Shown: positions 22,337 through 29,414 of the stretch, piece by piece
How the letters are laid out: every line of letters begins with the position of its first letter
Position numbering within the stretch: position 1 is the stretch's first letter
NCBI GenBank assembly: GCA_964516345.1
Contig: CAZEXY010000011.1
Location: 1 to 35,668, forward strand
Length of the DNA stretch: 35,668 nucleotides
Reading direction: 5' to 3'
From: an uncultured Anaerolineae bacterium
Lineage (GTDB): Bacteria > Chloroflexota > Anaerolineae > S016-19
The notes under the pieces: generated by a model
Databases searched by the model: none
Seen by the model: the letters and a program-made list of their open reading frames with translations, nothing else
Told to the model about the DNA's origin: nothing
Position numbers and translations under genes: made by a program

Positions 22337-24142
22337 TCACTTCTTTTTCTTGAAATCGCCGATGGTCAGAACCGGCTTGGTGGTCATGTTGGCCTTGGAG
22401 AACATCTGTACCACGGTGCTGGGCATGACGGTGGTGGTGCCCAGAACTTTGTGGTTTGCGTCCACCATGTGGACGGCGCAGGCCATGCACGGATCGAAGG
22501 AGTGGATGGTTCTCAATATCTCCACCGGTTGATCCGGCTTGAGCAGTTTGGTGCCCTCCAGCGATCGTTCGTAGGCGCCGCCCTGGCCTTTGTGGTCCCG
22601 TGGCGATGCGTTCCAGGTGGTGGGGACTACCTGCTGGTAGTTGGTGACCTTACCGTTGTCTATCACCACCCAGTGACCCAGGGAACCTCGAGGCGCTTCT
22701 GTAGTGCCAACCCCCTTGGCGTGCTTGGGCCAAGTGCTGGGGTCCCATTTCTCGGTATTGGCGATCTTGTAGTCGCCGGCCTTGATGTTGGCGATCAAAT
22801 CTTTGAAGAATCCGTACATCGCGTCCACGTAGATCGCCGACTCGATGGCCCTGGCGGCGGTTCTTCCAAGGGTGGAGAACAGCGCTTCTTTTGGAGCATC
22901 GAGGACTTTGAGGGTCTTTTCCACCAGTTCTTTCGCCTCGGCGTTGCCGCTGGCGTAAAGGATGAGAACTCTGGCAAGGGGTCCGACTTCCATCGGCCTT
23001 TCCTGCCAGCGCGGGGACTTGAGCCAGGAGTATTTGTCTTCCACGTTGAGGTACTCGTAGGGCGGGTTCGGTCCTGTGTAGTTGAAAGTCGTCTCTCCTT
23101 CCCACGGATGGAGCCCTTTGTCGTCCCCTTTGCTGTATTTGTACCAGGAGTGCTTGACGAACTCCTGAACCTGTCCCATGTCCCTCGGGTCCACGTCGTG
23201 GATGGTGGAAAGATCACGATCGAGGATGGCGCCGCGGGGAACCAGGAAGCTCTTGACGTTGCGGATATCGTCCGAGGGGAACTCGCCCCAGGAGAGGAAG
23301 TTTCCAAGGCCCTCTCCGAGCTTGGCGTAGTCCTTGTAGTACGGTGCCACCGCCAGAACGTCCGGGAGGTAGACCTGATGGACGAAGGTGTGCATCTTTT
23401 CGATGGCATCGGCGACTATGGCGAGCCTTTCGGAGTTCAATGCCTTGTCGCTGGATGGATCGATGGGGTAAGGAACGCCGCCTACCAGGAAGTTCGGGTG
23501 AGGGTTCTTGCCTCCGAAGACCGTGTGGACTTTGACGAAGTCCCTCTGTGCATCCAGCGCCTCCAGGTAGTGCGCCACGGCCAGGAGGTCGATCTCCGCC
23601 GGGAGTTTGTACGCCGGGTGTCCCCAGTACGCGTTGGTGAAGATGGTCAGCTGCCCGCTTTCCACGATCTCCTTGACCTTGTTCTGGATGGCGGCGAAAT
23701 ACCCCGGCGAGCTCTTGGGCCAGGCGGAAAGGGACCGTGCGATACGTGAGGTCTCTTTCGGGTCGGCCTTGAGCGCATGCACCACATCCACCCAGTCGAG
23801 GGCATGAAGATGGTAAAAGTGCATCACGTGATCGTGGACGAACTGCTGGGCGATCATGATGTTGCGGATGAGGTTGGCGTTCTTTGGAATCCTGATGTCC
23901 AGTGCATCCTCCACCGCCCGGATGGAAGCGAAGGAATGGACCGTGGTGCAGACGCCGCACGTCCGCTGGGTGATCGCCCAGGCGTCTCTCGGATCGCGCC
24001 CCCGCATGATGATTTCGATTCCCCGGACCATGGTGCCGGAGCTGTAAGCTTTCTTGATGACGTTGTTGGAATCGACTTCGGCTTCGATGCGGAGGTGCCC
24101 TTCAATTCTGGTGATAGGATCGACTACGACTCGTTGTGCCAT
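22337..24142 (-). CDS. [NiFe] hydrogenase large subunit, group 1
   Basis: N-terminal 'ITRIEGHLRIE' and 'RTCGVCTTVH', and the C-terminal 'DPCMACAVH' Ni-binding motif followed by a 43-aa tail. The start is ATG 24142 (MAQRVVVDP), preceded by AAAGGAGAAGGAG. Confidence 0.95.
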   Translation of the reverse strand: MAQRVVVDPITRIEGHLRIEAEVDSNNVIKKAYSSGTMVRGIEIIMRGRDPRDAWAITQRTCGVCTTVHSFASIRAVEDALDIRIPKNANLIRNIMIAQQFVHDHVMHFYHLHALDWVDVVHALKADPKETSRIARSLSAWPKSSPGYFAAIQNKVKEIVESGQLTIFTNAYWGHPAYKLPAEIDLLAVAHYLEALDAQRDFVKVHTVFGGKNPHPNFLVGGVPYPIDPSSDKALNSERLAIVADAIEKMHTFVHQVYLPDVLAVAPYYKDYAKLGEGLGNFLSWGEFPSDDIRNVKSFLVPRGAILDRDLSTIHDVDPRDMGQVQEFVKHSWYKYSKGDDKGLHPWEGETTFNYTGPNPPYEYLNVEDKYSWLKSPRWQERPMEVGPLARVLILYASGNAEAKELVEKTLKVLDAPKEALFSTLGRTAARAIESAIYVDAMYGFFKDLIANIKAGDYKIANTEKWDPSTWPKHAKGVGTTEAPRGSLGHWVVIDNGKVTNYQQVVPTTWNASPRDHKGQGGAYERSLEGTKLLKPDQPVEILRTIHSFDPCMACAVHMVDANHKVLGTTTVMPSTVVQMFSKANMTTKPVLTIGDFKKKK

Positions 24143-24245
24143 ACTCCTTCTCCTTTCGGTGGGCCTGATATCTCGCCGAAACCGGCGAGCACTTTCGAGC
24201 CCCGCGATCGAGGATGTGGTGCGGGGCTGTACCTCCATCCATTCC

Positions 24246-24275
24246 AGTATATCAGCAACACGGAGTTAATTTAAC
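24246..24275 (-). promoter_or_regulatory. Candidate hydrogenase promoter with an overlapping AT-rich palindrome
   Basis: On the minus strand: TTAAAT-17 nt-TATACT. The 11-bp palindrome GTTAA-A-TTAAC (24265..24275) overlaps the -35. The leader of about 95 nt carries two hairpins (24198..24228 and 24172..24189). Confidence 0.3.
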
Positions 24276-24374
24276 CACCATTCGGGTATTCTCGAACCAC
24301 ATGTTGGTGGGTAGGGAATTAGTCGGAGCAGGGTGAGGGGCTACGTGAGGCGGAGGAGTTCTTGTAAGGCGCTT

Positions 24375-25844
24375 TCATAGCGGCAGGACGAAGCGCACCA
24401 CAGCGCCGCCGTCTTCTCCGTTCAGCATTTCTATGTATCCTCCGACCTGGCTTGCCAGATGATGCATGGCCTTCAGCCCGAAATGCATGTCTCCGGAGAC
24501 CAGAGCATTCATCCCTTCGGGAAATCCAACCCCGTTGTCCTGCACGGAGATGATGACTTTTCCCGGCCTCGTCGTTACACTCACTATCGCATCCGTGGCC
24601 TTCGAATGTTTTTGTACGTTGGTGAGTGCTTCTCGCACCACTCTGTAGACGGCCCTGGATGCTTCCGGGGATATTTCCGGCCATTCGGGCGGTTCCACTA
24701 TGGTTATCTGGATGTTGGACATCCGTTCCACTTCTTCGGCTGCTTCCTGCACGAGTTCGGATAGCGGGGTTTCTCCGTAGGAAGGCTTTATGGTCAGAGC
24801 CGCAATTGCAGAGCGGAGCTCTGTGGCCGCTCTCGACGCCACCCTGCGGATACGCAGCGCTTTTTCTTTCTCCTCGCTCTCTGCCGGTAAGCTGCGCATG
24901 AGTTCTTCCGCTTCCATACCTATGGCGAACAAGAGCTGTATCACTGTGTCGTGCAGGTCCTGAGCTATTCTCTGACGTTCTCTTAGCCTGTCCATCGCTC
25001 TCACCTGTTCGTGCAGCGACAGGTTCTCCAGGGCGAATGAGACCTGTTTGGAGAAAGCTCTCAGCATGTCCACGTTTCCGGCGTCTATTCCGGTTTTTCG
25101 AGAGTATCCCGCCAGGATCACTCCCGCCGGCTTGTTGGATATTCTCAGCGGCACGCTGACGAAGGATTTTATCGGAACGTGTCCTTTGGGTAGTTTCGGG
25201 AAGCCCCGTAATTTGCTCACGTCTTCCACGATCATGGGGCTGTTCGTTTCGACCGGCTGCAAGAGCGCCTGCGCTTTTGGGGGAAAGTGGTCTGTGTGAT
25301 TGTCGGAGCCACACACGCCGACCAAACTTTTCCCCTCTTCTTCGAGCAACACGCTCATGGCGGCATCGCATGAAACGAGCCTGCAGGTCACTTCTGCTGC
25401 CTTGTCCAGGATCTGTTTCTTGTCTATGAGGGTGAGGAGGGTGCACCCTTCGTCGATCAGTAAAAGTGCCTGCTGTAGCCGTCTTTTCAGCTCACATGGT
25501 TTGTTGGGCACGCGCAGGTGCCGTAGTTCTCCCTGTCGTTTGCTCTTTTTCCTGTCGGCTTTGGAGAAGAAAGAGTCGGGATCTATGCTTCTGGAAAGCC
25601 CGCTCGAAAACGCTGCTTCGAGTTCTCTATCGTCTGTTGTATCTTTGACGCTTTCTTCCAGGTGGAGGAGTTCTCTTGCGTCGGTGACGAAATTGAGGCA
25701 GATGGCAGCGTTACTCAAAAATTCCGGTGATAGGTTTCCCTTTTCTCTCAACAGACTGAGTATTCTGAATCGAAGCACGAGTACTTTCTCGGCGTAGCTG
25801 AGCTCCTGAAGGGAGAAGAGAGGATTCTCTTTTTCGTTCGTCAT
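24375..25844 (-). CDS. Soluble sensor histidine kinase (N-terminal unknown region, GAF, HisKA_3, HATPase_c)
   Basis: It has no TM segments, a GAF-like middle region, the H-box 'RQRIAQDLHDTVIQ', N-box 'EALTNVQKHS', G1 'DNGVGF', and G2 reading 'GLKAMHHL..GG'. The ATG forms an ATGA overlap with the response-regulator stop. Confidence 0.88.
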   Translation of the reverse strand: MTNEKENPLFSLQELSYAEKVLVLRFRILSLLREKGNLSPEFLSNAAICLNFVTDARELLHLEESVKDTTDDRELEAAFSSGLSRSIDPDSFFSKADRKKSKRQGELRHLRVPNKPCELKRRLQQALLLIDEGCTLLTLIDKKQILDKAAEVTCRLVSCDAAMSVLLEEEGKSLVGVCGSDNHTDHFPPKAQALLQPVETNSPMIVEDVSKLRGFPKLPKGHVPIKSFVSVPLRISNKPAGVILAGYSRKTGIDAGNVDMLRAFSKQVSFALENLSLHEQVRAMDRLRERQRIAQDLHDTVIQLLFAIGMEAEELMRSLPAESEEKEKALRIRRVASRAATELRSAIAALTIKPSYGETPLSELVQEAAEEVERMSNIQITIVEPPEWPEISPEASRAVYRVVREALTNVQKHSKATDAIVSVTTRPGKVIISVQDNGVGFPEGMNALVSGDMHFGLKAMHHLASQVGGYIEMLNGEDGGAVVRFVLPL

Positions 25845-26479
25845 ATGATTCCCAGCCTCACTGCTTTGGTTACGGCTTCCACTCGGTTCCTGGCTCCGAG
25901 CTTGTCGGTGATGTTCCTCACGTAGTCTTTGACCGTGGCCGGGCTGAGGAACATGATGTCGGCGATCTCAGCGTTGGTCATTCCCTGAGCTATGAGCCGG
26001 AGGATTTCCATCTCTCGGCTTGAAAGGAGCACCTCGTCGTCTTCCCTGGGTGGATGGTTCACTGCGTACTCCACGAGGGAACTGGTCACCCTGGGGTCGA
26101 AGACCATTTCTCCATCGAGGGCACGGTGTATGCGGTTGATCAGATCCATCTGCTCGGCGTCTTTCAGAAGGTACCCCTTGGCTCCTGCCTGGAGCGCCTG
26201 ATGGATGAGGTTGCTGTCCAGGTACGCCGTCAGGAGCAATACTTTTGTTTCCGGACTGAGTTCCGCCGATCGACGACATACCTCTATACCGCTCATGCCG
26301 TTCAAGCGTATGTCTACCAGAGCAATGTCGGGCTTCAGTTGCGAGATCAGCAGAATGGCCCGTGAGCCGTCACGGGCTTCACCGACGACCTCGAGCCGTT
26401 CGTCTTGCTCCAGGATCGAACGTATGCCCTGCCTGACTATCTTGTGATCGTCCGCAATGATCACGCGAGCTTTTTTCAT
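25841..26479 (-). CDS. NarL/FixJ-family response regulator (REC plus LuxR-type HTH)
   Basis: 'VIIADDH', phospho-acceptor 'ALVDIRL', 'LLTAY', 'GAKGYLLKD' and the C-terminal 'LSSREMEILRLIAQGMTNAEIA..LSPATVKDYV'. The start is ATG 26479, preceded by GAGGAG. Confidence 0.92.
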   Translation of the reverse strand: MKKARVIIADDHKIVRQGIRSILEQDERLEVVGEARDGSRAILLISQLKPDIALVDIRLNGMSGIEVCRRSAELSPETKVLLLTAYLDSNLIHQALQAGAKGYLLKDAEQMDLINRIHRALDGEMVFDPRVTSSLVEYAVNHPPREDDEVLLSSREMEILRLIAQGMTNAEIADIMFLSPATVKDYVRNITDKLGARNRVEAVTKAVRLGII

Positions 26480-26497
26480 GACTGTCTCCTCTAACAC

Positions 26498-27742
26498 CTA
26501 AGGATGATCGTTTTTGCCCTCGTCCTTGAGTGCTTTGAGGTCTTCTATCATCTCCAGAATTTCTCCTCGCAAGTCCTTTTCGACTTGGAATTCCGTCCTT
26601 AGTTTGCATATGTAGCACAGCGGCTCTTTTCCTTCGCGTTCGATGATAGGGGCGCCGCATTTCCTGCAATGCACCACTCTTCCCTGGATCAGGGTAATGG
26701 GACGGGATCGGGAGAATGTCTCGGTATCCAGGGTGCTCTCGACGCTGATGGCCTTTTCCGGACATGAGATGGCGCACAGATCGCACCCAAGGCAGTCCGG
26801 TTCTGTAAAATTCAGTTTGAATATACCTTCTTCGATCTCAGAAGTCAACGCACCCGTAGGACATATCCTGACGCAGAGATTGCACCCTGAGCAGCTGTCG
26901 CTGATTTCCAGATTCCCGAAGGGATGTCCCTTCAGGTCTATGGTTTCGATCCCGGGTTCTCCCATTCCGGCTATCACGGCTTTCAGGTTGATTCTTTCCT
27001 GGGGTAAGGAGCCTGCCGGTTCAGGTATCGGCACCGGTACTGCTTCTTCGACGATGGCGCCCATGGTCTTGAGCATCAGGCGGCTCAGGGCGGAAAAGAA
27101 CTCCCTCCTGGAGTACCCAGGTTGTTGTCCATCGTAAAACTCCGCCGGATGTTCCCTGGACGGCTCGAGTTCGCTCGCGAGATGGATACGTCCCGAATGG
27201 CCCCATGCTCTCAAGAATGCGTTCGCTGCTTCGACCCTTTTCCTCACCGGTTCCACGGCCCGGGATATGGGGCAGTTTGCGCACAGTCGGTCGTTGATCC
27301 ACAGGTCGTTGCTTAAGGCTACTGCAAGGCTCAGGAGGACGGAGAGTGGGAGGGAAGCGAGGCATTTGCCCGCGTCTACTATCGAATCCACGGGCAACGA
27401 ACTGGAACCCGTGCCGGGGTGTCTGGGACATGTTAGCTCCACCGGAGATCCTTTGAGCTCGTTGATCACTTTCATCAGGTTGCGGTGTTCGTCGACGAGC
27501 GTCGGCTGGGAGAAAGCTCCGGTGGGGCATGCAGACACACAACCCCCGCATTTCACGCAAAGTTCCAGATCCATCTCCACGGGAGAGAAGACGTCGTTCG
27601 TCAACTTGATGGCTTCCGTCGGGCATGCTTCTGCGCAGTACGAGCAGGGTTGCCCTTTGTGTTTGCTGTTCAGGCAGGCTTCTACGTTTAGCCTCACGGG
27701 GCCGGCAAATTGTTCGGCGAGTGTTACGAGTGTGTCGAGCAT
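26498..27742 (-). CDS. Multi-cluster 4Fe-4S ferredoxin-domain protein with a C-terminal CxxC..CxxC ribbon
   Basis: 414 aa. It has 'CSYCAEACP' and 'CVKCGGCVSACP' at the N-terminus, a Cys-containing central region of about 180 aa, then 'CSGCNLCVRICP', 'CLGCDLCAISCP' and 'CRKCG..x12..CYIC'. There is no signal peptide or TM segment. It ends 18 nt before the response-regulator ATG. Confidence 0.8.
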   Translation of the reverse strand: MLDTLVTLAEQFAGPVRLNVEACLNSKHKGQPCSYCAEACPTEAIKLTNDVFSPVEMDLELCVKCGGCVSACPTGAFSQPTLVDEHRNLMKVINELKGSPVELTCPRHPGTGSSSLPVDSIVDAGKCLASLPLSVLLSLAVALSNDLWINDRLCANCPISRAVEPVRKRVEAANAFLRAWGHSGRIHLASELEPSREHPAEFYDGQQPGYSRREFFSALSRLMLKTMGAIVEEAVPVPIPEPAGSLPQERINLKAVIAGMGEPGIETIDLKGHPFGNLEISDSCSGCNLCVRICPTGALTSEIEEGIFKLNFTEPDCLGCDLCAISCPEKAISVESTLDTETFSRSRPITLIQGRVVHCRKCGAPIIEREGKEPLCYICKLRTEFQVEKDLRGEILEMIEDLKALKDEGKNDHP

Positions 27743-27781
27743 ACGCTCTCCTGTTCCTGTGTCTCAATCCAGCGGGAAGTT

Positions 27782-27810
27782 AGTATATCATGAAGTAGAG
27801 AATATTACAA
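27782..27810 (-). promoter_or_regulatory. Candidate promoter for the polyferredoxin-RR-HK operon
   Basis: On the minus strand: TTGTAA-17 nt-TATACT, in the divergent intergenic region 27743..27884. Confidence 0.4.
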
Positions 27811-27884
27811 AACTTGCCGTACATGGATGGGGTGATGTAGAATCTCCTCGAGGATGTTACCTTGTATATGGGCGAGGATGGAGG

Positions 27885-28454
27885 ATGGTTTCCGAATCCG
27901 GTCTGTATCAGGCGGAGACGTTCTATTGGTGCGATCCGGCTTTTCCATGGAGAAAAGCGATGCGTGTGACGGCCGCGGCCGTGGCGCGCTGGTGCAGATA
28001 CTACTACGCAAAGCTTCTTGCAGGACGAAAGGAATGCAGAGGAGATATAGTTCGCACCGGACTCTTGCCGGAGGATCCTTCGGAAAAGGATTCTTTCCTC
28101 GATGCTCTCTTCGATTGGATCGAAGCTTGTTCCCATGTATCGACTTTCAGGCTGATTCTCCACGATGAGCCGATATCGGACGGAAATGGGGATGCTAGGT
28201 TCGCCTATTACGAGGAGGTCGATTCCTGGTTTCTGCGGCTGACGGAGCGTGAGTTCCGGGAGCTACAGGATGCGTGGAGGTCGGCGGGTTTGCCCGAAGA
28301 TCTTTTCTCTCCCGAGGAGGAGTTCTTCTGTGTGCCCTGGAGGGGAACCGGATTTCTATCAAGGCTGTGGAGGTTTCTGGGGGTTCGGAAGTGCTATTCG
28401 CCCAGGGAAGCGGAAGCTGCAGGGGTGAGAAAGGAGGATCGCCGTGAATGGTAA
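27885..28454 (+). CDS. Hypothetical protein (Trp/Arg/Phe-rich, soluble)
   Basis: 189 aa, counted from the first in-frame start beyond the antisense overlap with the FeS gene (ATG 27885, with GAGGATGGAGG upstream). Amino-acid composition looks normal. I recognise no family. Confidence 0.5.
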   Translation: MVSESGLYQAETFYWCDPAFPWRKAMRVTAAAVARWCRYYYAKLLAGRKECRGDIVRTGLLPEDPSEKDSFLDALFDWIEACSHVSTFRLILHDEPISDGNGDARFAYYEEVDSWFLRLTEREFRELQDAWRSAGLPEDLFSPEEEFFCVPWRGTGFLSRLWRFLGVRKCYSPREAEAAGVRKEDRREW

Positions 28455-29007
28455 AGGTCTTGGAAACTGGATTCGACGTCATCTGTGTATTTCAGCCTTC
28501 GTGTCCGGCGTTGCTGCAAGCCTCTTGTGGCTTGCGGCAGGGTTTTCTTTCTACGCTCTGGGACGCGTGATGGACGGCATGGCAGCGATGGAGAAAAGTG
28601 TGGCGCTCGACAAGCCTTCTCTCAGATCCGCGGAGCTTTTCTTTTCCGAGGGGGCGGTTGGCTTGACGATCATGCTCGCCGTTTTGGTGACGCTGGCTCT
28701 ATTCCCGGCGCTTTGGGGATGGTGGGCTGCCAGGGTGGAAGGAATGCAGCTACCCAGGCGCAAGGGGGCGTGCATTCTCTTGCTGGTTCTGGCGCTGCCT
28801 CCGATCCTTGCTGCTGCCTTCTTGTGTTCTGTGTTCGTTCGCACTCTGTGGGCTCAGAAAATTTGTTCCCTGTTTTCTACGAAAGATGGGAGCTTGATTT
28901 GGCTCAATTATTTCATCCTGTTGCCGATTTCTCGTTCTCTCTGGAAGCGAGCTATGGTGCAGAGGCGAGGGAAGGTGGAGCCCGGGGCTTCTTTGAAAGC
29001 AGACTGA
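28444..29007 (+). CDS. Hypothetical integral membrane protein (about 4 TM)
   Basis: 187 aa. The GTG start overlaps the end of the preceding ORF by 11 nt. Hydrophobic helices include 'ISAFVSGVAASLLWLAAGFSFYAL', 'AVGLTIMLAVLVTLALFPALWGWW' and 'ACILLLVLALPPILAAAFLCSVFV'. The competing frame (28485..29123) is Arg/Gly/Cys-rich. Confidence 0.5.
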   Translation: MNGKGLGNWIRRHLCISAFVSGVAASLLWLAAGFSFYALGRVMDGMAAMEKSVALDKPSLRSAELFFSEGAVGLTIMLAVLVTLALFPALWGWWAARVEGMQLPRRKGACILLLVLALPPILAAAFLCSVFVRTLWAQKICSLFSTKDGSLIWLNYFILLPISRSLWKRAMVQRRGKVEPGASLKAD

Positions 29008-29083
29008 CGCTCCCGGAGGGCTTCGTTTGTTACGTAAACGTTAAATCCGGCCCGCGCCAGGATTTTAAACTTTACCGAGGGGC

Positions 29084-29105
29084 ACGTACAACACTTGTAC
29101 GTTTT
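29084..29105 (+). terminator. Weak terminator candidate after the two orphan genes
   Basis: ACGTACAA-CAC-TTGTACGT (8-bp AT-rich stem) followed by TTT. Confidence 0.35.
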
Positions 29106-29192
29106 GGCCTTTATGAGGCATAGTAGTTGAGGGAAACTGCGGGTTCTGAAGCTTGGTTCTACCGACGAACTCTTTTCAAAGGATCAGGGTTG

Positions 29193-29220
29193 TTGCTTCT
29201 TTCTCCGCTTTGGGTATAAT
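29193..29220 (+). promoter_or_regulatory. Candidate dnaA promoter
   Basis: TTGCTT-16 nt-TATAAT (the -10 is a perfect consensus at 29215..29220). This would give a structured leader of about 190 nt. Confidence 0.35.
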
Positions 29221-29414
29221 TGCTTCCACCATCGAGTAGGTAGTGCTGACTTGCCCCCAGCCTACCGGAAATGGTCCATTTGTAGAAAAGTTTAGCCAGT
29301 GTCTTTGACGCTGCACGTTGGAATCGCAGGCGTGAAGGGCCTTTTTGCCCTTCAGGGGGATTTTGTTGTCTCGGTCGGAAGCTGTTTCCGGAGCTATCAT
29401 ACTTTGATGCTATC

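Noticed and set aside
19921-23749. Long plus-strand ORFs (19921..21306, 461 aa; 22118..23749, 543 aa) and several minus-strand off-frame ORFs across the hydrogenase genes.
   Set aside because: - They are antisense or off-frame shadows of the hydrogenase genes, which have diagnostic motifs.
- They show no recognisable domains and have biased composition.
- The same reasoning applies to 2315..3148, 5386..6192, 12116..12850, 13339..14016, 16606..17400, 30877..32106 and 32965..33660.
22337-24142. The possibility that the enzyme is a [NiFeSe] hydrogenase with an in-frame UGA selenocysteine.
   Set aside because: - The C-terminal motif reads DPCMACAVH, with Cys at the position that would be Sec.
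- The ORF is uninterrupted.
27267-27884. The N-terminal 206 codons of the 395-aa plus-strand ORF.
   Set aside because: - This part is antisense to the Cys-motif-rich ferredoxin gene and has odd composition.
- There is no ATG, GTG or TTG in frame between the end of that overlap and ATG 27885, which I took as the real start.
28485-29123. A 212-aa plus-strand ORF competing with 28444..29007. Similar competing-frame cases are 27854..28168 (against 27885..28454) and 7125..7838 (against 7145..7819).
   Set aside because: - The competing frames are Arg/Gly/Cys/Pro-rich and lack hydrophobic-helix periodicity.
- The chosen frames give ordinary membrane or soluble protein composition and sensible start contexts.
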